Source: Lingula anatina
Taxonomy: Eukaryota; Animalia; Brachiopoda
NCBI GenBank assembly: GCA_051362555.1
Contig: CM120640.1
Span: 2,418,001 to 2,482,000, forward strand
Length of the DNA: 64,000 nucleotides
Direction of reading: 5' to 3'
Position numbers and translations under genes: made by a program. Shown here piece by piece: positions 35,136 through 52,217 of this stretch. Each line of letters starts with the position of its first letter. The first letter of the stretch is position 1. The notes beneath the pieces were generated by a model. The model worked only from the letters and a program-made list of their open reading frames with translations. It did no database searches and was not told the DNA's origin.

Positions 35136-37087
35136 ATGGACATTTTGGAAGGTAGGAATAATGGTTTCTTTACACATTCTCTATGTTTATTAGTTCATGC
35201 AGATTTTATAAGCTGCATAAAATTATAATAATTACTCATATCCACTTTCTACAGATTTGTGGACGGATTTGGGATAGGTATTTCAGAATTATAAAGACGT
35301 GGTTAAGTAGCTGGTTAAAGTTACATGTTCAGAGCCTCGCCCTCCAAATATATGAAGTCTGCATCTCCCCAAATATTGAATTCACGCTTTTTAAAAATGG
35401 ACAGTCATTATTATTTTATTTTGTCCAAAAGTTATATAATCTACGAATCACAAATATTTACTATTTTGATCAAAATTGTAACTGCAAAATGTTGTGTATA
35501 ATACGTCTGACTGAATTTGCAAGTAATATTAAGCAATTTCTTCACCCAGAACCAAGAAAGCTAAATGTGTCCTTTGGCACCACACAAAACAGGACACTGT
35601 TTCCTGTCCACATGGCTCCTAATAGATTTGGAAATGACCTAAAACCCTTGAGAGGTCAACCTAACACTGGGCCAGGATGCTACAATAATGAGGAGGTAGG
35701 TCAGCAAAAACAAGTGATCTTTTTGAAAAACAAGTAAAAGTATAAGGATTGGTTAAAAGTGTTCATATAAATTTACATACTATTATCATTAGTAACGATA
35801 AATAGTTTTATATTAATTTTTTTTCTGCATTTGAGGCAAGTTGTAAAATAGAGAGATAACCGAAAGGAGGCAAGAAAATTAATATATTCTTTTCATGTCA
35901 CAGGTTAGCAACTTCAAATATCAGATTGACACGTACCTTACCAGTCAAAAAGGTTATACAATGGGAGCAAGAACAGGTCCAAGGTTTAGGAAAGAGTTTA
36001 AGGTGAGTCTTGTTATATTTGAACATAATTGTGTATACAATGTAATAATTGTTTTGAATTTTTTTGCTGTATATTTGTATTTTATGTACATACATACACG
36101 TCTTTTTGTTTGTTTCTTTTAAAATTTGCATCTCTTACCTGAGGGAGATGCATGTTCAAAAAGGAACTGTTGCAGAATACTTTTAAGCCCATATTTTAGT
36201 TTATCAAATTTTACAGAGATAGAATTTTGGTCTCCAGTATAAAGGTAATGCCAAAGTTTAAAAAAAAATATTTTTCTAATACGAATCCTTTGTTTATCCC
36301 AGGAAGTCACCCCAGCTCCCCCAGAGTACCAGACTAAGGTCACTGACCCCATAGAGTTCACACCTAGCTACAAACCTTTTAATGCAGCTGCAGACAGATT
36401 TCCTGTTTACAAAAGAGAGATTGAAGAATCTGTACCTGGGTAAATAATACTTTGACATATTCCTGTGAATCGATTTCTTTAATCTTGTTATCTATTATTA
36501 GAATTTACTAGCTGTTTTCTCACCTCTTTTTTTTTTTTTTTTTTTTGGTCACAAGTGTGTCAGTTGCTGTTTACCTGAGTAATTTTAACCAAATCTGAAA
36601 ATGGTCCCTTATCATCTAGATCATAATAAGACTCTTGATCCAACAGATCCTTCAGTCAGAGTGCATTAATTTTAAAATGTTACCGATGTAGGTAAGGGAT
36701 TCTATACCTGTACTCATAATCTTCTCTTATTTATTTAAGTTTATGCTCATCTTTTATTTTTTCAGTGCTGGAACATATGAACATGACATTCCAAGAAACA
36801 GGAAAGTGCAGTGGCACCAGTCATTTGGTGGGGCTCCAATCAACCTCCCAGCAGTGACCATCAAGAGCACACTGCAGCCTAATACAGAAAAGGTAGGTCA
36901 AACTCCTGAACAAATGTTGTCACAGTTTTTAAAAATAAAAGTTAGATATGGACACTATTTAAAAAGTTGCATTTAGATGTATTGCACATTGTTATTTACT
37001 TTTTTTCTTCTGTTTCAGCTTCTCAGTACAAAAGAAACAAAAAAGTATGAAAGAAGGCTGGCATATCTGAAACTCTATTACAAATGA
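35136..37087 (+). CDS. PIFO: Protein pitchfork / ciliary microtubule-associated protein 3 (SHIPPO/PGP-like repeats), 6 exons
   Basis: MDILE|EPRKLNVSFGTTQNRTLFP..PNRFGNDLKPLRGQPNTGPGCY..|..TSQKGYTMGARTGPRF..|..PFNAAADRF..VPG|AGTYE..|LLSTKETKKYERRLAYLKLYYK*. This matches the recalled pitchfork (C1orf88/CIMAP3) motifs FGT..LFP, PLRG..GPGCY, KGYTLGART and AYLSLYY. Confidence 0.85.
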
Positions 37088-38259
37088 CTCTGAACTTGAC
37101 ATTATTGGAATGCAAAACGGTCTGTTCAGGCCAATGAGAAGTAAGGAAACCCAAATGAAAAAGCATTTGCTTTGACCAAGGATGCAGCTTTTGGATGTCA
37201 ACAGCAGCGATGGCCAGATGCAAGTAATTTAATTCTTCGTTCAATCATCGGAAGCTGAAAGCCTGCAGTTTTCTCACAGGAGAAGTGGTTTTGGACAGAT
37301 GTGTCAACTTTGTCTTCACTGGTTGGATCAGTTTGAAAGAATAACATCATACTCATCAAAGCATTAGGAACGTATCGCCAAATATCATTTATCCATAAAT
37401 CTGGATATTCATTTCATTACTTATCATTTGCATGTAATTCACAAAGAAAAACAGAATAAAGTATATTTTTGTATAAAAGTAATTTACTCACTTTGTTATA
37501 GTAAACATGGTAATCAAGTACAGTTACTGTAAAGGATTACAATTCATTACACCAATAATTGCATGCATTACATGGTCAAACCATGACCTTGAAAGTCCTC
37601 TTTTCTAAAAGATCCAGAGTTTAAATATAAAGCAAAACTGAAGATATCTTTACAGTCATATGATCACAGCTGTGTGTTCTTTTTTATTTATTTATTTATT
37701 TTTTTGTTATATGAAAATTAAACTTAACAGTGACTTGGAAAGTACATGCTGTTGATCGTTTACAGAATTTGTGGGAAAACAGACCCCCTCGAGGAAAATA
37801 ATTATGCTAAAAATAAACCATTGCAAACTCATTTTTAAGGATGAAGTCACAAATTTTAATCGTTGTTTCATTCTCTATTGATTTCAATTACGTTCAAGTT
37901 AAAAGTACTTATCTCATATGCGACATAAAAATCCACTGAATATTTCCAAACCAATTCAACCATACTGTAACTTGGAATGTGTTTTTCAATACCTTTTCCA
38001 GAATTTTTATATACAAAGGCAAAATTGACTTTGTTTTCACCAAGTTCAAGTAAACTTGCAGAAGACATAAGTATTAACACTACTTAGGTCTCGGCACATA
38101 TGACTAGGTCACTTGCAAATCATGAAGCTTTTTTTTAACATGACCCGTCTTTTGTTATTATACAACTTCCCATAAGTTATGAAAAGTGATCCCACTTTTT
38201 GTAAAATAAATGAGGTATGCTGATCACAGCAGAAAAATTATTCCACGTCGGTTAGAAAG

Positions 38260-44171
<5,912 letters not shown>

Positions 44172-45499
44172 GGTCTGCCCTTAAAAACCTTGCTGATGAT
44201 AAAATCGAATGCGATGAGGAATTTTTTTTTTTTTTTAATTTCAAAAATGTAATGATAGTCCAAGGAATCCTGTCACCATTTTGTCATCAATAACACTGCT
44301 GAATAACGGGAATATCAACTGAATGGTTCCAAAGAATTCAGCTTTTCCCCAAACCTTCTTTGATCCTCTTTCAGATGAATGGTTTTCAAATTCCAAAGAA
44401 ATAGGCAACTGAATACTGCATGATCAATGTCCAAATTCAGACAAGTAGCTCTAACAACAGCAGATGACAAACGGCACTTCAATTTTTTTTTTAATAGGGA
44501 ATTTTCTTTTCTTTGTACTGTGGATGGTTTCCATTGCAATGGACACTATAAAATAAAGAAAAAAAAAAACATGTCATTAACTTTATAATTAATCAATGTA
44601 CACTATCATATTTTATTTTATGATGGTAAATGTGACAAATAAGACATTTATGTGTCCACAGTAATAATAATAATTATAAATTAAACGTGAAGCATACAAG
44701 TAAAAAATCCACTTACCAAAAAATTTAGTTAGAGTTGTTGCTGGTGGTCATTCCATGGTCAGTCATGGGAAATCCTTTTAACTTTCTTAACTTTTAAATT
44801 TTGATCAAATTTCCAAAATGCCATTAATATATATATATAAAACCTTTAAAATCTTCTTATTCTATGTGTGAATCAAAATTTTGTTTCAGGAGTTTGAAAA
44901 GTCACGTTTAGTTTTCTGTATATCAGAAAATGTTTTTAAGTGAAAATAATATGGGGAGAGGGAACAAGAAATATTATTTTCAAGTTGTCCATTTAACTTC
45001 CAAGGTTTTCACGGACATTGAATATCACAAACCAGAAGAACAACCTCGCATGTATTCTTCAAATCATCTTTACCATAACTGGGCTATGTATTGATGTTTT
45101 CCTATGAGTACACCAACTTAATGTACAGCAACGTGTCTACTTATTCCTACCTAGTGCCTTTCTTTCGCACAAAAAAGAAAAGCGCAAGTTTTACATTTTT
45201 CGAACCTAAAGTAATGACAAATAATAACAAATCTGGACCATATGAGAGTTTTTAGATATTATTGTCCAACGAATTTGACACCCTATCCTGTTCTAAAAAT
45301 GTAAATCCTAATACATAGAGCAGTGTACAGCCTGGAGGGGTTCCAACCCAAGGCGCAAGTCCATGGGTCGCGGATATAACAGGGATTCTTTTTTTGAGAA
45401 AATTGCCATTGAAGCACAACAGTGACATTTTAGTAAACGAGCAAATTCAAAACTGGGCCCTTTACAAAACCACAAAGGTTTCAGCTCAACCCATCCCTA

Positions 45500-46036
45500 A
45501 AAACTTCATAACGACTTCGTCCTCGACGAAGGCCGTCAGTACTGCCACGCGCACTTTTACGTTTACGTGGTTTCGAAGCTCTTAAGTTTGAACAGGGTAT
45601 TTTTCGAAGACTAGATGGAAGCTGTGTAAATTGAATCATTCTTACTTTTAAATACAATACCTACAGACGAGTTTTGATCATATATTTAATATAAGTAAAA
45701 ATGTCGTTTCTTCTTTTCCGGCGTGCTTCTCATTAAGGCGAGAATGCGCGAGACCTGTCCCCCTAAATTTCTTTACCAGAATAAATCTAAAATATATGCT
45801 ATTCGATGAAAGTGATATGTATTTTTTATTTTATTGGTGAATATTATACTGTATATGCGTGACATATTCTTTGTTATGAAAAAAATCGCCAAATAGTGAC
45901 TTCTCGGTATCCAATATGTCTGCGCCCATGAACATGTACTGTCGGTGGCTTTATCGCTAAAAGCGGCGTTTTTGTGGATGGAATGATTTAGTATCTCATA
46001 AAAATAAAGTGGAAATCATTTTTAAAATTTAAGTAC
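45500..46036. promoter_or_regulatory. CpG-rich bidirectional promoter region ZC3H11A/CCDC59
   Basis: Local CpG enrichment, an ETS-like TTCCGG near 45716, a probable minus-strand donor near 45660 and a plus-strand ATG at 46037 or 46058. Confidence 0.5.
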
Positions 46037-47606
46037 ATGACAGCAGTACAATTGAGAATGGAAAGATTCCCTAAAGGAAGGAATTATCCACATGGATCTA
46101 AAGGCCGAGTAAAACCTGTCCACAACTTCCATAAAAAGTACTTGGGAAACACTGCGGAAGGTATGCCCACCTTTACTTAGAGACAACTGCATTTGCCTGC
46201 ATTGATTTAAATAAGTTTTGTTTTGATGGGGGGTTAACGTGAAGGAATTTCAGTGGTTGAACATATGCATATTCAACCTTGGAGCTGTGTGTTAAGAATT
46301 CTGTTATTTTTATTTATTTATTTCAATTGTTTTAGGCCAAGGATTTGCAGACAAGACTAAGAAAAAGGCATTCTACCAATACAAGAAACTCCAAGCAAAG
46401 GAGCATGCTAAATCCAAATGTGCTAAACCTGTCACATATGTGAAAACTACAGAGAATGTAAAGTAAGTATAAATAAAATAATAATATTAACCATGTACTG
46501 GTGTATGCATGATTGAGATATTTTCTTTCTTTCTTTCTTAATTGGTCTATATTCAATGTTTCCTTTAATTTTGGATTAATTTTATAGGAAGAAAAAGGTT
46601 GATGCTTTTAAGCAAGCAGAAAAACAGTTCCAAAAACGAAAACATGAAAAGGAAATCCAACACAAAGTAAGTTACAGCATATATATATGATAATCAGTAA
46701 TATAAAAGTAAACAAATGAGTATTATAATCAAGGTTTGGGGGTGAGGTACACTGTATCAGAATGACAGAAGCAGATGGCAAGGCCAAGCATGTTTATTTT
46801 TCTGAGACTGCTTAATGTGTAGAAATTTACTATTTTAACAAAATAGGATGATGATATCTCTGTCTTTAGATTTGTGGGTACTGGTAAGGTCTGGGAGAGA
46901 AACCGGGGGGGGGGGGGGGGGGGGGGCATGCCAACCCACTTTTCAATAATTTTACTTTAGAGGGCTTAAGGAGGGGAATATTTTTACTGGCATGACCTGT
47001 TATCCCAAACTTAAAAGCATAAGCATGATATAAACTATACATAAAGAATCTTGAATTCATACACTTTCAGTTCTGGATTAAAAATTAAAATATATTGTAT
47101 CCTAGCTATTGTAGCCAGATAAATAGGTGTTGGAAATCATACAGATAACTTCTGAATAAAGCTTTGTCGTGAGAGCCGCTAAATGTTGTTTTAGACATGT
47201 ACTGCGGTGGTATATCATATGGTAAAGTTATAAATTGAACAGAGGTGTGGGAAGCAGTAATAAATATCCTCTATGATTTATTATTTATATTATTTATATG
47301 CAAAGACAGTATCCTGAAAAAATTTAAGTATGAGAAGACTTTTTTCTTTATGTGTTGTTGAAACTTCTCTTGAAATAATAGGATAATGTGAGACCATGTT
47401 TCACAACAATTTTGTGAAGTTGCCATATTTTATGATTACAGGAGATGATCAAAAAGAGGAAAGAAAGGGACATTGCATTAAAACAGTATTCAGAAAAGAA
47501 GCAAGTTAAACATAAAAAGCTGTGCAAAAGGACTTACAAAGGTCAGCCAGTAATGGCTAACCAAATGGATCTTTTATTGAAAAAAATTGAAGCTCAAGCA
47601 AAGTAA
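46037..47606 (+). CDS. CCDC59: CCDC59 / TAP26 (Fyv7-like rRNA processing family), 4 exons
   Basis: ..KKYLGNTAE|GQGFADKTKKKAFYQYKKL..|..|..KKLCKRTYKGQPVMANQMDLLLKKIEAQAK*. The GQGFA and KGQP..QM..LL.KI motifs are typical. Start is 46037 or the in-frame ATG at 46058. Confidence 0.85.
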
Positions 47607-48807
47607 CTTACACACTTTGTTGAAACAATGTGAATTAATAGAACAGCAGCTCATATTTAGAAATTTTTTACCAAACAATTGCACTTTACTTTAACAGTAC
47701 CAAAATATTTCGAGTTGACAGTCCTGTCAACCATTTCAGCTAGTACATATCTGAATTGTTCCTATCTTGGGCATAGTTTAAAGAAAGGATGATATTGCTT
47801 GACAATGAAAGCCATACCCATAAAGGACTTCCATTGGTTACCAGTTCAACCGTGATATACAGTACAGTATTGCTACTTGTTTTGAAAGTGCCTAACTTTA
47901 TGCCGTGACATGGTACTGTCACTGAGAATAAATTATTCTTTTATTAACTATACCATAAAACTTGGTCTTCATAATCTCCAAAAAATCTGTTGCTTCTTCA
48001 AATTTCATATTTGATGCCTGAAAATACATTGAAAATTCATTAAAGCATTTAAAGCTACTGAAATAGTTATGTTGGGGAGATGGAGATTAAAAAATTGATA
48101 TAGTACATTTGATAGATGTAAATAAATTAGTTATCTAGGAACGCTCAGTTTTTTGTCAATAAAAATAAAATATCACTCCAAACAGATGCTGTCCTAGAAG
48201 TTTTCCATATATCATTAAACTGGTGAGAATACACCAAGTAACCAGAGTTTAGTTTAGTGAAATATAAAGGTCTTGAGTTGGGCTTGTCATGAACACTTGT
48301 AAGGTCAAGGTCACGTAAACAAGGCCCTGGAGATGCAGGTGGCTGTAAGATAAGATTTTAAGTAAGTCCTGATAATAATATACATTGGAACATTCTTTGT
48401 TTTGTTGAACTAACTTGTTTGCTTTATACTTTCAACAAAGCTAGAGTATAATGTTTTCACTCAAGCCTGAAATGTTTGGCATTTAAATTAAAAGGATTAT
48501 GTCCTTATATCATTTGAGCGCATGGTTACGACTTTTCTATCATACTACATACCGGTAGGATAAAAATTTTCATGCTTTAGCGCACCTATATGAATTTTTT
48601 TAATTAAAGAAAAGAAGCTAATTAGCAGTGACAATTACACGCGTTTTGTTTGATTTTTTGTAGATTGTTTCTAAGCATCGTGTGAGAAATGCACCTTTTG
48701 TGGATTTTTAAAACTAAAAACTAAGAATCATCTCAGAACTTCAGTACTTCACCAAGGAAGCAATAATGGCATGATATTAAATAGAAAAAGGTCTGGCAAA
48801 TGAACAC

Positions 48808-49245
48808 ATGGATAGAAATGCTACTGGCCTTGTTGATCACTGTGAAATATCAACAGGCAATGTTGGCCAAGAACTTCCACCTCAAACTCAAGGGGACTTC
48901 ATAAACAGCAAATCTCAACATAATGAGCTAAGACGGAAACCCCAAGCGCCATACTCAGACTCAGAAATCCTTTGTGGGGACGGGGCAGACCCTCGCTGGT
49001 TCTACCCATGGGATAAGGGTTTCTGTAAACTTATACCACTAGCATGTATGTGGTGCTGTTTTTGCCTTGTGTTTCCCTGCTCCCTGAGCCTGCCCCACTA
49101 TAGAAGTATTATGTGCTGCACAGATCAGGGGATGTGGAACGGGACATGCTGTGGAGAGTGTATATGTGGGATACCACGGACAGGAAAACCTGTCCAGCCA
49201 ACAGAGGATGAGGTGGAGGATGAGGAAGGATACATCACATATTGA
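48808..49245 (+). CDS. Uncharacterised 145-aa cysteine-rich protein with a single coding exon
   Basis: 438-nt GC-elevated ORF in an AT-rich background. Upstream acceptor TTTTTTGTAG at 48663 and candidate donor GTAAGT at 48362. AATAAA at 49877 and 49902. No family recognised. Confidence 0.55.
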   Translation: MDRNATGLVDHCEISTGNVGQELPPQTQGDFINSKSQHNELRRKPQAPYSDSEILCGDGADPRWFYPWDKGFCKLIPLACMWCCFCLVFPCSLSLPHYRSIMCCTDQGMWNGTCCGECICGIPRTGKPVQPTEDEVEDEEGYITY

Positions 49246-51377
49246 CTGCTTGGGTGGGGTGCCCTTTTTTTTTTTTTTGGGGGGGGGGGGGTTACATTAT
49301 GGACTTTTGGCTTTGAGAACATGAATTCAAACTGGTGGGGAAGCAGTCTTCATAGTGTGGTAAGACAAGTCTCTTATCTCTATTCAACCACGTGTAGAAA
49401 TGGATACTAACACAGACATTGTTATTCTTGGAGGATTTACATATATTATGACCAATGCATCTGGGCCAGTTTCTAATGAGAGATCTCAGGATCCTTATTT
49501 GATTCACTGAGTTTTCTTTATTGATATCTATTATAATTAAACGTAAACAAAATGATTAACTGTTTTGAGAAATTATCTGCCATCTAATGTCACCAGGAGA
49601 GTCCTGACATTTTGAAGGTTCATTGGTCTGAAAAAATTCTTAACATTTTCTTCATTTTTTTTAATTAAGGGGTTCATTGGTCCGAAGGTTCTATAGTGAC
49701 TATTGTCATGCACCCCTGTCACCACGATTGGTCTCTTGAAATACTGTATATGACCAACTAGGGTATATGAAAGACGTGGCCAGTGTTCGCTTATCAAAAG
49801 TGCTCAAAGCTGCAAAATGTGCTCGAAGTATGTCTTTTGCTGAAGATTTGATTTCTTTTTATATTGGTTACTAGTCAATAAAAAAATTACAAAGAAATAA
49901 GAATAAAAAGAGAATGTTTATTCACTTAATTCAGAATTGTTATGTGATTTTTCAGGATACATTTCAGTACTAAAAGTAAACAAATTTGCATAGCTGGCAT
50001 ACTAACACTAAAGAGCATAAAGTATGCAACAATTGATCACATTAATATCACTTCACAACTAACTAAGCAATGGGATGGGCTGTTCATGAAGCATGTATCC
50101 ATAAATATTCTCATTTAAAAACTGAAAGCCCTTTTACAAATATTCATGATACCATTTTAGAATTTGTTGGGTTTAAATTTTACTGGCCTGTCCAATTCAT
50201 GCAGCTGAGACCTATTACAAATCTAATTTTATCCTACTGCCAATGATTTTACCCACTGATGCAAAAATTGATAAAGTGAATTATCTGAGTGCTGCTGTGG
50301 ATATCCAGAGCTCCAACTTAACTAAGAGTAAACATCTGCCATGGAAGACCTTAACAGTGTAACCCATGACTGAATTTTTTCACCCTTTTGAGGAGAGCTA
50401 GTCTGTAGTTGTTTCATTCCAAAGGGGGCCTTGCCTTACACAGGGGAAACCCAAGCAAATACAATAAATGATGAGACATTAAATAAATGATGAGGTACTT
50501 TTCTGCCAAGTATTAAAAAACTAGCAGATCAATGCAAATAAGATATACTTTTATAAGGCCATATGAAGCTTAATTTAAGTGAAGGAATGTTTTACATTGT
50601 ACAAGTAGAAACAAAATGCAGTTGTGAAATGATAGCATGGATATTATAAAATGGTCAAAATGTTGGTATTTGAATATTCTTGTCTCTGGCAAAGTTATTC
50701 CAGTTTCAAAGTTTGTACTGTAAATAAAGATAATCAATCATTTAAATTGCTGGATGCCATTATGAAATGTATAATGATGAATGGGACAGTAGCAAATATA
50801 ATTTTCTTAGAGAATATATATCATGATTAAATATAAATTAAAAGCCATTAAACATATTGCAGACATTTTGAAATAACTTGTTCCTGTATTGCACAATAAT
50901 AGGAACCTACACTTTTGTTGCACTAGGGTGTTATAAATCATCAGAATTCTCCAGTACCCAATGATACTTGGAGCATTTCTATCACTTAATTTGTCAATGA
51001 AATTTACGGCCATATCACAATAAAACATTTTAACTAAACCCTTAAAAGAAGACAAAGATCCCCAAAATAAACTGTACAAGATTAAATTTGATTGTCACCA
51101 TTAAATTTTTTAATTTAATTAAAATTATAGGGAAAAGAGCCTTTCAAACCTTCTATACATTACCATGGATTTTACTACAGTGGTAGTTTGATCATTATAT
51201 TCATGTCTAGTGGTTTAGAGAGGTGGAGCCTTCTACTGTGTATGAACCCTCAACTAAATACATGCTTGAAAGTAAAATGAGACCTATTAAAAAAGGATCT
51301 GAAAGCTATTAGGTAATTTAAGTGTGAAAGGTTTTTGGTAAACAATAACAAGCTTTTAAACTCTCCCCCCCCCCCCC

Positions 51378-51414
<37 letters not shown>

Positions 51415-51596
51415 TGTCAGTTTTCCTATTTAATCTTGATGATGGGCCAAATTTAGTCAAGATCAAACTTGGAAATAAATTCTGAAAGCTTGAAGTGAAT
51501 GCCGATGAGGCAGGAATTGTAACATATCCAGCTAAAAGTAAAGGCCCTTTTCACATGGTGTGGCATACTTATACTGTTTTGACTGTGTGTGTGTGT

Positions 51597-51628
<32 letters not shown>

Positions 51629-51839
51629 GGGGGGGGGTAACTCTTTTAAACATGTTTGTTTTTAACTATTTGTACGAGTCAAAATTAATCTGGTTAAATG
51701 GCACAGGCCTCCATTAGTAAGAGCTTTAATCTCTCAAAATGTTGTGATTCCATGTGGTGAAAAGGGTCTTAGGTTCCATTCCCAATGTAACTTTCATTCC
51801 ATGTAGATCCATCCAATGCAATAAGATCACCTTCTCCAG

Positions 51840-52147
51840 TTTCCAACATACTTTTATAACCACCAGCTTTTCTGTATTGTACTCAATGGCGGGAGGAGGC
51901 TTTTTAACCTGATTGCATTCTGTGATAGTCCCTGTGGAGTTTGATCAATCTAAGAGTGCATTCCCAAAGATTTAGATTGATCCAACTAGATCGACCTAAC
52001 TCCCTGGGGGTTCACGCTAAATTGCTGTCAGCCGACCGAGCACAGAAGTTAATTACCCCCTTACAGTTTTTAGTAGGCGGGACAGACATTTAAGCCGGCT
52101 AAGCTGACAGTAATCTAGTGAGACTCCCTACGGAGATAGATCAATCT
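51840..52147. mobile_element. Cluster of degenerate palindromic MITEs (TAGATYGACCTAACTCC-type ends) just downstream of the arylsulfatase stop codon
   Basis: Inverted repeat 51988-52147: TAGATCGACCTAACTCC..GCTAAATTGCTGTCAGC pairs with GCTGACAGTAATCTAG..GGAGATAGATCAATCT. A hairpin at 51938-51988. The segment 51840-51950 is homologous to 21690-21800. Confidence 0.6.
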
Positions 52148-52217
52148 TAAACCTGTGGGAATGAGGTCTAAATAGAACAGTAGTCTCATTGGGAATGAGC
52201 CCTCAATGACTTCCAAG

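Noticed and set aside
45285-45396. Possible Pol III ncRNA (hairpin followed by a T8 run)
   Set aside because: No A/B box, cloverleaf or snRNA/snoRNA boxes were recognised. It looks more like a decayed palindromic repeat.
44172-45660. ZBED6-like domesticated transposase in the first introns of ZC3H11A, as in placental mammals
   Set aside because: No long ORF or BED/hAT motifs are present, and the region is too short.
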